A model generated the notes under the pieces. That model was not told the DNA's origin. It saw nothing but the letters and a program-made list of their open reading frames with translations, and searched no databases. Both the position numbers and the translations under genes were made by a program. A stretch of DNA of 64,000 nt from the human T2T-CHM13v2.0 reference genome, Homo sapiens, in assembly GCF_009914755.1 (NCBI RefSeq), contig NC_060933.1, one strand, 5' to 3'. Below, piece by piece: positions 1 through 22,172 of this stretch (position 1 is its first letter; every line of letters begins with the position of its first letter).

Positions 1-1974
1 CCATTGTCCTTCCCTGGGTGCAGGTCAGGCCCCTGAACCTTCTCCACCTGGCAACCAGGCCACGTGGCTCCACTGCCCCTGGGTAGGTACTCCTGAGGCC
101 AGGAACACACCAGCTCGGCCACCCATTACCCTAACTTACTCCATCCCCTCCTCCACCCTCCCCATACCCCAGCTCCTCGCCTGACCCTGGGAACAAGTGC
201 CTGTTGGCCAGGGGCTTCTATGCCAAAGGCTTATCCCGATCTCTTTCCTGTCCAATTCCCCTCTGCCTTCAAGGCTCCCAGGAAGGGTCACTTCTTCCAG
301 GAAGCTCTCCCTAACTCAGTGATGTGCCACATGAGGACAAGGACCATGCCCAGCCTGAGTTAAGTGCTCGATCCACATCTGTCAAATAAATGGACAGACA
401 CCTGGACGGAAATGCCTCCCCAGCTGCCTGCCGGGATCCAGTGGGATGCAGAAGGATATGCCCTAGATCTGCCTTGCTCTGAAGCTTTCACGATGCCCAC
501 CAAGCTCACTGCCCCCACCTAGCTGGCAGCTCCATGGAAACAGGGCTGTCTAATCATGATCACCTCCAGAAGCCCAAGACAAAGCGTGTGTTCAGGGAAA
601 GTGGAACAGGCACACGTGCCCACCAGCCTCCTCTCCCTCTCCAGTGTGCTCAGCCTCCAGAGCTCCTGCTCTGTGAAGGAAAGTGGGTGCCCTGCCAATC
701 TAAGAATCCCATCGAACCTCCACGGCCCCTGCTCCACTCAGCCCCAAGGGACAGAATTCTGTGTCCATCTCCATCCTGCCCTCCTGGAGCTCCACACTGT
801 GCCTGTGAGCAGGCCTCCCCCGGAGGTGGATTCAACCAGCATTCCACAGCCTTTTCCTAGAAGGGCGGGTGAGGGACCAGGGGGGTGGAGGCTCTGGCCA
901 CAAGTGTGTGGAGTGTGAGGAAAGACCCGGCCAGGCTGGCCTCCCCAGGGACTGGGCCTGGCGTGGGGCCCCCAGCGCGGCACTGACCTGGCCAAGGCCT
1001 TCTTCATACTAAAAGAACCCCACCTGTGCCTCCGGGGCCACCATCCCAGCCGTGCCATGGAAGGCAGGCAGCATCTTTGTGGTGGGCGGCCACGCGCCCA
1101 CCAAAGACTGCCCAAATCAAAAGCCCACTGAGGATTCAAGCCTACCAAAGAAGAAAGGCCAGAAGAGGGGCCTCCAAGTCACAGGCTGTCTGTTTCTTGG
1201 ACAGTCTGGCACCCAAGTACAGAGCACAAGAGGACCCCAGAAGGACCCCCTCCCCGTTCTGGCCCAGCCTGCCTCCTTCATACAGAGAGTTACTAAGACA
1301 CAGGGGACAGAGGTCAGAGCCAGGCCCAAGTCCACTCAGCTACGCCATCAGCTCCTCCTGTAAGTGGCCGTAGCAAGTCACTTCTCTGCCGCAGGCCTCA
1401 GTTTCCCCATCTGTTGGCTGAGAAAATGCTCTCTGCCCATCTCCTCCAGAAAATACTTGCTATGAGGTAAGTCAGTGCCTCCCTTGTACTCCTCTCCCCT
1501 GGCACCACCAGCCACGTGCATGAGGCAGACACAGGACTGGTGCCAGCTGCAAGCAGAGATCTCTTGGGTGTTTGAGATTCTTCCTGCCCAAGGGCTGCCT
1601 TGGACAGGATGGCAGCTCCCCGACTCACCAGACTTGGCTAGGACCTCTTCCTCCCTCCCGGGACCCCTGGGAAAGCCTCCCAGGCCCCCCTATGTGGATA
1701 CATATGCCTGGGAGAATACAAATGCTCACCATGCCCCAGTGCCAGCCCAGGCCTGGCCCCAAATCCACAGCAGTGACTTCAGCCCCACCCCCTGAAAGGT
1801 CCTGGGGACACTTTTCCTTGGACCTCACGAAACCTACCATGGTGCCTCCTAACTGCTCAGCTCTGGACTTTCCTGAACTACCCAATCCATGGAATGGAGC
1901 CTTTCTCAAAGGTCTGGGGCTGTCACACGGGTCTGCAGCTGCTTCCGGCCCACTGCCATCAAGGCAAGACAGGG

Positions 1975-2370
1975 CCTTAGAGCTGGACCTGCCCAAATTC
2001 AAATCCCATCTCTGCAATTTCAAGCTGAGTAGCACAGACCCAGTCACTTCAGTTGTCCTGACCCCAGCTTCCTCACCTGTAAGTGGGGTAATGCCATCAG
2101 CCCATGGGGTAGGTGACTGCAGGGCCTCAAATAATCATCTATTTGAGGGGCTAGGCAAGCCCCTAGCATACAGAATGCGTACAATCAAGGGCGCTTTATA
2201 GAACGATAAAAGTGTTAATTTCCGAATTGCCATTTACCACCTGGGTGACCTCTGGCACTCACCTCTCTGGCTTTGGTGCCTCTCTGGATGGCTGAGAGGA
2301 TTCATGGAAATACCAGTTGCAAAACAGTCAGCACCCTGCCTGGCACAGAGTGCAGGAGCTCAGAGCACAG
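1975..2370 (+). mobile_element. MIR fragments
   Basis: MIR-like motifs ttcaaatccc..., cagcttcctcacctgtaagtggggtaat, cctggcacagagt. Confidence 0.55.
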
Positions 2371-3439
2371 CAGCGTGAGGATCGCTGCTCTCAAGGAGGC
2401 CTCAGGAAGATGAGGCTGAGCAACAGCCTGATGCACCACCTGCTCTACCTGCTCAAATTGGGTCAGGCGAGCGGTGTACCCAGCTGTTGCCAAGGCACCC
2501 AGCACACAGGGAAATACTCCAGCCAGGACGGCAGGTGCTGTAGGGGTGGGGCCTTGGGCCTGCTTCACTGACACCACCCATGCTGCCACCACCAGGTCTC
2601 TGGGCCATCTCGGGGGTTCCTGGGGGTGGGGGAAATATGCTATTGATCTGGGTCCAGGATCTAACCAGGTCCAGTTCCCCCAGACCCTACTCCAACCTGG
2701 AAACAATGGGGCCTTTGCTGTCTAGAGGGGCAGACTGTGAAGCGGGGTTCCCAGGCTGCAGTCCAGGGTGGGTGGGGTACGGGTGGAGGGGGTAGGAACC
2801 CAGGAACCCAGGAACCCCCGTCTACTGGGCAAAAACACAGCAAACACCAAAGCAGCTCTAAACTGGCCTCAGGTTCCAATGTCACTGTCTGCTGTCTCCA
2901 GCCACACCTACCCAACAGCAAACAGGTGCCTGGTGGCCACTAACTGCCCAGCTTTGCGAGAGCTCAGTGTCAGTTCCTCCCTCCTCAGCCCCATTCAGGT
3001 TGCATGCAGGACAGGGCTGGGAAATGCTTTGGGCTTAGCTGGATTCAGGCAATTTAAGGCCCCTTGCCAGGAGGAAGAAGGGAAAACAGAGGTGAAATCC
3101 AGACCCTGTGGACTAAGACCTGGAACTTCCCACACTTTCCCTAATGGGGAAGCAGGTTTGGGCAATGGAAAGGCCAACACGTAGGGAGACAGTGGCTCCA
3201 GGGCCTGGAGGCCAGGCAAGTCCTCAGCCTGGGGCTCAAAATTTATATTCCTCAATGGGATCCAAGACCCTGTCCCCACTCCCAGCTCACACACAGGCCC
3301 CCTGCTGACTGGATCTGGTCCCCACCCCACCGCCCACCAAAGACCCGGAAAGGGCTGGGCCCCAGCCTGGGCCCCTCTACCAACAGAAGCGATAACTGCT
3401 GCGGCAGTGTGCCTGGGCGAGACATAACACACAGATTAT

Positions 3440-3760
3440 CTGTACTCTAGAGGTGGGTATGACATCCCCATTTTACAGAAAAGGAAACTGAAGTTCAGAG
3501 GCACAAAAGGGTTGAATGCAGGCTCCACTGAATCAACTCAGGCAAATCATTTCCTCTCAGAGCCTGTTTCCACCTCTCTAACATGGGGATAATAATCCTA
3601 TGGGGCCCCCACCTCCACTCCTGCTCCATGACACAGTCCAGGGGTTAAGTGAGAGGTGCTAGTAAAACAGGGAGCCCAGCACCAATGGTAGCTGGTTCTT
3701 GCAATCAGAGAGCTTAGGTAACTTGCCCAATGTCACTCAGCCAGTGAGTAGCCAACTCCA
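3440..3760. mobile_element. MIR fragments in both orientations
   Basis: cccattttacagaaaaggaaactgaagttcagag (minus core); ggcaaatcattt...atggggataataat (plus core); taacttgcccaatgtcac. Confidence 0.6.
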
Positions 3761-4286
3761 GGCCCTAGCTGTGAGCACAGCCTTCTCTCTGAAACCTCAG
3801 ACTGCTGTGTGGGTGGCCTCAGGATCACAGGCTTCCCAGGCAACCAAGGAGGCCAGCCACCCCCACCACAAGGGGCAGCCCTTGTCCAAATTCCTCAGAT
3901 AAGCAGCTCCCAACAGAACAGGGAGCCAGTGCTCAGAAAAAGCACCCCACCCTGTCCACACCGGAGATTCCTAAATCTGAGCCTGGCTGTGCAGTTCCCC
4001 TCCCTTCCCCTCCTCCCAGCAGAGTGTTTGACCTCTGGATTCAGCCAGCAGGCCCCCAAACCAGCGAAGTTCAGTTAATAACAGACTCCTTCGAGGTCCC
4101 TGGCAAGCCACTGACTTCCTCTTTCTGGGCCTCAGTTTCTCCGCCTATAACACGCACACATGGGCTCTCAGAACAGGGAGGCAGCTCTGGCTAACAGGGC
4201 CCACAAGGAGGCCCAGGGAGCAAAGGGCAGACCAGGTAGGGAAGCAGCGTGTCCCAGGCACTCGGCCAGGCCCTGCCCGCATACTA

Positions 4287-4921
<635 letters not shown>

Positions 4922-5762
4922 CTGCCCTAAGTTCTCGCTGCTGCAGCTTCTCCACCTGTATTAGGCTCACTTTCCAGAAGAGGAGGCCCAGAAAGTAACA
5001 GAGTCAAGAGTCACACTCCCATCTGTAGAAGTCCAAGGCTCTTCGGAGACAGGCCAGGATGATGTGACCCCAGCTGGGCCCAATTGGCAAGGGACAGCCT
5101 GGGAACTCAGTTGCATTCAGCAACAAGCTGGGCAGCTGGACCTGCCAGGATGGGGACGAACAACACAAAACCAAACTCAACGGAGCCTCTTTCAGAGAGG
5201 GCAGCAGCCTCCTCGACAAGGGTATTTGCAATGCAAAGCAGCCCAGCTCCAGCCAGAGGAGGATAGTCACTCGGAGGGGGCTGGGTAGGCCAAAATCCAG
5301 CCACCTCCCTCCAGCCAGACTAGGGAGTGCCTGCGATCGGGCCTTCCCAGGCGCCTGGGGGTGCCGGGGAACCCGTGGCTGGCCTAGACTCTTGAATCAT
5401 ATGACAGCCCCAGTGGCCAGTTCGGGTGCAAGGTGGCCTGAACACCCCTCCCCTGCACAATCGCTCAGGGTACAAATCCCTGATAGGCTGTACATGCAAG
5501 TCTGCAGAATGGACCTACTGCAGGCGGCACGCAGGGCCCCAAGAGAAGGCTGAAAGACTAGACCCCCAGGTATTTGGCTGGCGGCTGCCTGGCACCCTGC
5601 CAACTGCCTCAGGCCCAGTCCTGCCTTGTGCAACCTGCCCCAGGCACACAGAATCCCCCGGATCCTCCTCACACCGGCCCCAAGGGGCCCTTCCACACTT
5701 GCCAAGTGTCTAGGTCTCGCTCATCACCCCCGCTGCTGCAGGCGCGACCGCCCCAGCTCCTA

Positions 5763-6780
<1,018 letters not shown>

Positions 6781-6808
6781 GCCCGCCTAGCCGCCGCCGA
6801 GCACGGCA

Positions 6809-6994
6809 GGGGCGGGGCGCCGGCGGCTCAGCCCTCCCGCGATTGCGCGGCCCGGCTAGGCGGGCGCGCAGCGCGATTGGTGGGCGGTGGCGTGGGGTGG
6901 GACTCGCGGGAGGCAGAGGCGGCTCGGGGCTCTCGGATTGGTGCACCGCGCGGCCGGGCCCGCCTCCTAGGGCGGGGCGGGGCTGAGGGAAGGG
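6809..6994 (-). promoter_or_regulatory. TATA-less proximal promoter with Sp/KLF GC boxes and two CCAAT (NF-Y) boxes
   Basis: GGGGCGGGGC at 6809-6818 and GGGCGGGGCGGGGC at 6970-6983. ATTGG (CCAAT on the minus strand) at 6876-6880 and 6937-6941. Confidence 0.75.
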
Positions 6995-7932
6995 AGAGGG
7001 GCCCTGGGAAGGCAGTGGGAGGTCGCAGGGCTGGCGGGGCAGGGAGAGCGCGAGCAGAAGAAAAGAAGAAACAATGACAAGGAGAAACAGTTTGTGGCTG
7101 CAGCGGCCTTCCAGGGTCCCGCCAGACTTGAGCTCGTAGAACCCTGAAGCAGGCCCGGAAGGTAGCGAGTCTCCTTTCTCAGAAAGCTGGCGCCCAGAGA
7201 GAGCCCCTGGCAGGTCGCTTGCTCGCCCTGAATCTCTAGTGCCCCTCAGCAATGAGCAGAGAAGCGTCTGGAAGGCTTCGCCGAGGAGGTGGCTCTGGCT
7301 CAGTCCATCACGCAGCCTTGTGACCCAGCTTGTAACATTCCAAGCTGTTATCTAAGCTTTCTGTTGTCCTTTAGTTTCTTGCCCAGCGTGACTGGTCTCA
7401 CTGACTAGTTAGCTGTTCTGGGGGCAGAACCCACTCGAAAGCCTCGTACCTCCCAGGCCCCTCGGCATATTGTGGTTCATTCATCCAGTCCCCAAATGTT
7501 TAGGGGCAGTCTCCACTAAGCCAGGCTGGGACCTAGTGGAGAACCTGGTGGGCTTGCCCTTCCCAAATGCTCCCAGCTCAAGACCACCAGGTGGAGAAGC
7601 AGACAGGGACACAGGCAGCGACAAATCTATGGGTAAGAGTTGTAACAGGGGATAAGAGGCACCTGACATGGGTTGGGGCGCAGACTCAGAAAGTCTCGAA
7701 CAAAGGGAGCCAAGCCATCCACAGGATGCGTGCCCTGAGTCACGCAGGGTCCAGGCATAGGGAGCTGCCAGAGACCTGGTGGCTGGAGATCGTGGTGCCC
7801 GCAGAAAGTTTCAGGCAACTACATCTGGCTGTACTGTGGCAGTTGGAGAGAGGGGCAAGAGATGGGGCTGGAAAGGCCAGATCTCCCAGAGTCTTGTAAG
7901 ACCGTAAGGAGGAAGCCACGGACACGCGTTGA

Positions 7933-8346
<414 letters not shown>

Positions 8347-9891
8347 TGAGGAGTTTGTTTGGTGATGCAGGCAAGAGATGATGACAGTGCAACCTCAGCA
8401 TTGTGGAGAAAGCAAGAGGATAGGTCTGAGGCATCTGAGAGACAGGTTTGACTGGACTTAGGGATGAGTTAGGTCTGGACATGTGGTGACCAAGGACTCT
8501 GGTTTCTTCCTTCTTCCCAGCTGTAAGATGGGTGGCGATCCATATTTCTCTCCAGTTTGTCCCATAATTTAGATCAGAGAGTTAACCAGATTAAAGAAAA
8601 GTGTTAACAGCAGCTTCCAATGTGACTGTGTGTCCCCTTTGGCAAACGGGGAAGTTAAGGCCTAGAGGATTTAAAACACTTGCCTGGGGTCTTTCCCCTG
8701 AAGCACAGGCTCAGAGTGCTGAACTGTGCTGCACACAGTGTGGGGTGTGCTCTCCTCACTATCTTGGCTGGGCCTGCTCCACAAGGGCAGAGCCTGTGGC
8801 TACCTGACCCCAGGAGGAGACTTCAGAGTGGAGAGCCAGCCAAGGACATCCCAGTGACTGGCTGGCTCCTCAGCTATGACCCTGAGTAACCTTGGGCCAC
8901 CCAACAGGAAGCAGGGTGGGCCTGACTGCCAGGTTTAGCTGGGGTTGGGTATTTATCTCTCTGCGGCCTGTGGCCTGGGAACCCAGGAAATTTCCCTTCC
9001 CTCATTTCCCTGATGGTGCCTGGGGAAGGGGGAGAGTATGGTGCCAGGACAGCATGCTAGATTTGGGTGAGACAAGCCTGAGTTAGGATCCTGGCTCTGC
9101 TGCATGGTGGCGGTGTGGCCTTGGTTCAGGTCTCTGAATTGGTAAGGGGTTCGGTGTGGTATGGCTGGGACCACTTGCAACAGAACTGAGTTCAAAATCC
9201 GGCTACTTTGCCATTGACAACCGGGGCCACACAAGCTTTGGGTGCACCTTTGCATATGTAGAAAGGAATCTTGAAGAATACCGTAAACTTTCCCATCTCA
9301 GCCACGCTTCTTCACCTGTAAAATGGGAATCAGGATTTCCATCTTTCCGGAATGTGGTGAGGACTTCAAGAGGCTGTGCCTGTGAAAGGAATAGGCAGCT
9401 CCACACTTCCCCAGCCTCCCAAATTCCCAAGCATGGCCTATCCTACCTCGCCGAGGCCGTGACCAGACGCATAAGGAACCTAGTACCAAACAAGATAATT
9501 GTTTGCCAGACCACAAGGCAAGTCGTCTGGAGAAGGAAACCCAGGGAAAGGTCAGAGAATGATTGGGTTGGAAGTCCTGATACAGATAGGGTGGTCAAGG
9601 AAGGCTTTTATGAGGTGTCATCTTAGCCAAGACCTAAGTAATAAGGCGGACCCAGGTACAGGAAGCTCTGGGGACAGAGGCATGAGCTGACATGTTTGGA
9701 GGACTCCGTGTGACTAGAATAGAGTGAGTACAGGGGACAGAGAGCGGTGGGGCAGACGAGCCTGTGCACATGGGCCCTTGTGGGCCTAGGAGGTGTTTTT
9801 TGTTTTGTTTTGTTTTGTTTTGAGTCCCGGTCTCACTCTGTTACCCAGGCTGTAGTGCAGTGGCATGATCTCAGCTCACTGCAACCTCTAG

Positions 9892-10560
<669 letters not shown>

Positions 10561-11171
10561 CAAATTAACATTTTTAAACACTCCTTCTGGCTACTGAGAA
10601 TGGATTGATTGGCAGGGGGCAAGAACAGAAGCAGGCAGACAGTGAGGAGGCAATTGCAGCCATCCCAGTGGGAGATTGACCAGGGTAACCAGGGTGGACA
10701 CAGAGCGATGGCAAGAGAAAGGGAATCCATTTCAGAGGAAGCACTGACAGCACTTGCTGAGCAATAATAGTTATGGAAGGTCGTGGTCAAAGCTCAAGAG
10801 CCCAGGAAGGATGTACAGCCTTTTGAATATTCCCAGTTATTTTGATTTTGATTGAATGTGTCCCATGGTTCTTGGAGTCGGGAGTTTAGGGAGTCTAAGC
10901 ACTGGCTTAGGTGTGGGGAAGGAGTGGAGAGGAATGAAGGAATTCCATGTGACTGCAGGCTCCAGAATACAATCACACCTGGAGAAAGTGGGAGGGCCTT
11001 AGAGAATCCTTATCCTTATCTGGCCCTGGACAAACCTTGTGATGCCATTTCCTTAGCTCTGTCTCTCTTTAGATCGTGAGCTTCACAGGGTCAGATGCCT
11101 CTCCTATAGAGTCCCCATGTCCAGTACTGGGCCTGCCACGTAACTGATGCTCCAAAAATGGTGGTCAAAGG

Positions 11172-12389
<1,218 letters not shown>

Positions 12390-12780
12390 TTATAATTTAA
12401 CAATATATAATTATAAGAATATTATAAACAAAAGCCTTTCCCCATCATTCTCCGGATAAAATCCAAGGTTCTTAGCCTGGCATTCAGGACCCTCTGGAAG
12501 CAACCGCTCAGCCCGTCCCTGACTGCCTCCCTTGGGCCCCTGCAGCCCTGATGCCCACAGGTCCTGGGCTTACCCTCCTGCCCACTTGGGGACACCTACT
12601 CAATGTCTCAATGTCTAGCTTTAGCTCCAGCATCCCCGCCCATCCTATCCCCCCATCAGTTACACTGCCCACTCCCTGCTCTGTGTGCTCATGTCACCAA
12701 AAATCTGTATGCAGAGAAAATGAGGGCTTAGCCTTCTGTCTTCTGTCTCCACCATAGCTGGTGCATATTTCATTCTCATT

Positions 12781-12858
12781 GGAAGGGAGGGAGGGAGGGA
12801 GGGAGGGCAGGAGGGAAGAAGGGAGAGAAGAAGGAGAGAAAGAGAAAGAAAAGAGAAA
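12781..12858 (+). repeat. (GGGA)n / GA-rich polypurine tract
   Basis: ggaagggagggagggagggagggagggcaggagggaagaagggagagaag... Confidence 0.85.
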
Positions 12859-13337
12859 CTGAGGTAGGGACAGGGAATACCACTTGCCCAAGTCACCTTG
12901 AGGGCAGCCACCCAGCTGGCCCACTCTCTCAGGCACCTGACACCCAGCACAGTGCCTGCTTCACAGCCATGCCATGCCAAGTTGTCTCCCCAGCCCTGCT
13001 TGCCAAGGGCGGTCAGTGCTGATTCACCGGTGACTGGCCTCCAATTATTTGCACAACTGGAATGGCAGGCGAGCCACCGAAGCAGCTGACCAAGGGCATA
13101 TTGATTTGTGCTGGGCTCCTTGCTAATATCTGAGCCAGTCACACAAGAAGATAAAGGCCACAAAGAACTCGCCCACAGCAGTCTGTCCTGATTAAGCCTC
13201 CCACGGTCAAATCCACAAGTTTCCCTGTTGATCAGCCAACTCTGCCCTTTCCAACCCAAGCCTGACCATCACTCACAGAGGGTAGTCATGGTTCAGAACA
13301 CGAGATGTGGAGTCAGGCGGCCCTAGGTTCCGGTCCA

Positions 13338-14350
13338 GGGATTACTGAGTCAAAGAGTATTTGCATATTTACCATTGAGAGATGTTGACAAACTGCCTTC
13401 CAAAAAGATCACACACATTTATATTCCCACCAACAGTATAAGAAAGCGGCCATTCCCACACTTTCTCCATCTTCACCAATCTGTTTGACCAAAAGAGGAA
13501 AAAAAAGCTATCCTATAGTGCTTGCATTTCTTTCATGATCATCTTTTCATATTTTTTGGTGATTTTAATTTCTTCTATAAATTGCCTGTCCACATCTTTT
13601 GTTTGTCCATTTTTAAATTTGGGAAATAATCTTTTTGTTATTTATTTGTAGTGGCTTATTACATATTGTGGACTTCAACTTTGTATATGTTAAAGTATTG
13701 CTTCTACTTATTATCTTTGTTTTTTGAGATGGAGTTTTCCTCTTACCCAGGCTGGAGTGCAGTGGTGTGATCTCACTGCAGCCTCTGCCTCCTGGGTTCA
13801 AGTGATTCTCCTGCCTCAGCCTCATGAGTACCACCCGCCACCACGCCTGGCTAGTTTTTGTATTTTTAGTAGAGATGGGGTTTCACCATGTTGGCCAGGC
13901 TGGTCTTGAACTCCTGGCCTCAAATGATCTGCCCGCCTCGGCCTCCCAAAGTGCTGGGATTACAGGCATGAGCCACCGCACCTGGCTGCTTCCACTTAGT
14001 TATCTTTAGGCTTTGTTTATTTTTTATTTTATTTTTTAGAGACACGGTCCTACTCTGTCACCCAGGCTGGAGTCCAGTGGTGCGATCATAGTTCACTGTA
14101 ACCTTGAACTTCTGGGCTCAAGCAATCCACCTGCCTCAGCCTCCTGAGTAGCTATGACCACAGGTGTGTGCCACCACACCTAGCTAATTTTTTGTTTTTT
14201 GTAGAGATAGAGTCTCATTATATTGCGCGGGCTGGTCTAAACTCCTGGCCTCCAGCAATCCTCCCACCTCAGCCTCCCAAAGTACTGGGATTACAGGCGT
14301 GTGTCACCTTTCCCGGACTCTAGACTTGGTTTATGGTGTCTTTTTGCCCC
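13338..14350 (-). mobile_element. Old L1M (L1ME-like) fragment interrupted by two minus-strand Alus (~13720-13987, ~14020-14316)
   Basis: L1 antisense hallmarks: atttatattcccaccaacagtata, ttgcatttcttt, ttgcctgtccacatcttt. Confidence 0.7.
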
Positions 14351-14462
14351 ATAGAAGCCTCTTACGAAGCCCCAGCTAAGAGAGAGGAGTCAATCTACTT
14401 CAGTGGAAATAATTCTAGATTGAGAGTCAGGAGGAAGACCTGTGTACCTCCATGGGCTAGAC

Positions 14463-14662
14463 CAGCACTGTCCAAAGAACTTTCTGCAGTGACAGACATG
14501 CCCCATATCTGCACTCTCCAATTTGATAACCAGTAGCCGCATGTGGCTATTGAGCACTTGAAATGTGCCTGGTGGGACTGAGAAACTGAATTCTAAATTT
14601 CATTTAATTCGAATTTTAAATTCAAGTAGCCACACATGGCCAATGACTATTGGGCAGCACAT
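14463..14662 (+). mobile_element. MER3 (hAT-Charlie non-autonomous DNA transposon)
   Basis: CAGCACTGTCCAAAGAACTTTCTGC...CATGTGGCTATTGAGCACTTGAAATGTG...TAGCCACACATGGC...TTGGGCAGCACA matches recalled MER3 consensus; terminal inverted repeats visible. Confidence 0.85.
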
Positions 14663-15219
14663 GTGTAGATGGCCTACATTTCTGAGCAAGCTGCAATACC
14701 TAGTTGCTATTAGGGGATGAAGAGTCCCTGTGTGGCTTGGGTCAGGCACTCCATTTCTCTGGGCCTCAGTTTCCCCATTTGTTCAGTGAGGCTCACAACA
14801 GCCCCTGCTTCCTGAGGTTCTTCTACAAATTTGGTTTGTGGGTTGTGTGTGAAGGTCCAGGCCCTGTACTTGACCCAACAGCGCAAAATCAGGCCACATT
14901 CCCAGGTTGAAACATGAGAGTATGTTGGCCCTGTTTACACTGTGTACAGAGACCCCTGGGTGGCTTTCTCCAGAGCTACCCTCCTTCAGCTGGGAGGCCA
15001 GCTTTCCCTTCCTAATCCAGCTCCAGCAGGCCTCAGCCTGGGACTCCATATCGCTGACAGGGCAACGTCCAAACTCTCCAGCCTGTGTTCTGGCCTCTGA
15101 GAGCTGGCCCTGCCCTAGCATTACTGTCGTTCCTACAATATGTAGGTCAGCCCAGCAGCCTCCCCAGCCTTACCCTGTGTCTGCCTCCTACCCCAGCCTT
15201 CTAAGGTCTGCTGAGCCAC

Positions 15220-16330
<1,111 letters not shown>

Positions 16331-17134
16331 GGGTCAGCTCCCCACATAGCCTTTGTCTCCCCCTGGAATTCAGGAATTTAGCCCCCTTTACGTTTCCTTT
16401 CTCCACCTGCCACCTAGGTTTCAAAATACTTTAGTGCACACAGTTCCCAGGAACTTTCTCCCACCTGTAGTGCCCTAGGTTCAAACTGCAGCCCTGCCAC
16501 ACCTTGGCCCTATCACTTCAAGCAAGTCATGAACCTCTTTCACCCTTCACCCTTCAGTGTCCTCACCCGTAAAATGGAGATAATGATACCTTCTCTGCAC
16601 AGTTACATATGTTATGAGAGAACATTGCATGCCACAGAGCCACCAGGAAATGGAGTCTAGTTGAATTCCTTCTGTGCACGGTCAACCAAAGCCATGAAGG
16701 GGGCCTGAGGGGCTTCCCAAAGGGCAAGCAGAAGTCTCATTCCTGGGAAGTGTCCTTGGGCCAGCTGGCCCCAATGGGAGTGGAGGGAAGCATTTCTGAG
16801 GCCTTTCTTGGGCAGCCTGACCATGTGCTAGGTACCTCAAAGCAGATCCCCCAAACCTAGAGTCGGACTTCTGCACCTTCTCAGAGCCCCCACCCAGCAG
16901 GCCAGGAGTCGGCAGGCTGGTGTGGGGCTTACATAACCTGGCAGGAGTCCCACACCTTTCACCCAGTGATCGGGGCTGTGTTTACCCAGAAGAGGAGTTG
17001 CCGGGTCACCTCCCTGTCCTCTTAGGTACCTGCTCACAACACAGCCCTTTAGCCTTTGCTGAGCTCTGCTTATTTTCTGAGTTCTTAGTCATAGTCCCTG
17101 GCGTTACTGTTGGCAACGGCTATTGTTTTGTTTT

Positions 17135-17720
<586 letters not shown>

Positions 17721-18017
17721 CACCCCACAACAGCTATTTTTTTCAATGTGAAAGTATCAGTAGTGGCATTTAGTGGTGAGGCACTGGAGAGTAGTAGGAG
17801 ACAGACGGAGCAGCAGGGACTGGAGATCTGAACAGAGTGTGCGTCCCAGCCTCCTCCAGCTGTTAGCTCTGGGACCTGGAGCCAGTTGCTTGAAGTCTCT
17901 GAGCCTCAGTTTTCACAGCTGAAAAGTGGGTTTAGTGGCCATGCTGTCATGAGGAGTAATGTATACAAAAGGCTCCTGAATTACTTGGCAGCTGGCCCTG
18001 CTCATCAAATGTTGGCC

Positions 18018-19149
<1,132 letters not shown>

Positions 19150-19775
19150 CTGATTCTTTTTTTCTAAACAACTATAACAGCTTCTGTGTGTCGATCTCAC
19201 TATGGGAGCCATGCCCTAGACCAGCTGTGCTCCTAAGATCTCATCAGATGCCAATCACATCCTCCCCGTGGTACCATCACCATCCTCACTTCACAGTTGA
19301 AGAAATAAAGGCCCCCAACCCAGGGCCTGGCACATTACAGGGACCAGGAAGCAATTGTTAGATAAATGAGCAAACTAATGGACATCCGAATCCAACTGAC
19401 ACTAACCCTTCCAGGGAGTAAGTGTTAAAGCAGGGATTAGGAGGCTTTGCACTCCTTGAGGGCAGCGAGCTCAGCCGTAGGTGCTTGTGGCTTCACTCTC
19501 AGACTATACTGTTGCCACTGTCCCCTCCGCTTCCTCCTACTCACCATCATCACAACTAACATGTTACTGAATACCTACCTAATACACACCCCTGGCATTA
19601 ATCTAAGGTTTTCTGCATATGAACTTTTAAAATCCTCACAACAATCTCATGAGTTATGTCCCATTTCACAGGTGAGGAGACTGAGGCATAAAGAGGCAAC
19701 ATCATGCTCAGGGTGACGAGGGTAGTAAATGATGGAGCTGATTTCAAATCCAGACAGTTTGGATCCTGAGCCTGA

Positions 19776-20793
<1,018 letters not shown>

Positions 20794-20804
20794 AGCACAT
20801 ATTC

Positions 20805-22172
<1,368 letters not shown>

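Noticed and set aside
1572-2201. 209-aa plus-strand ORF in intron 1
   Set aside because: TTG start, antisense to the host gene, 3' part is MIR-derived, no recognisable domain.
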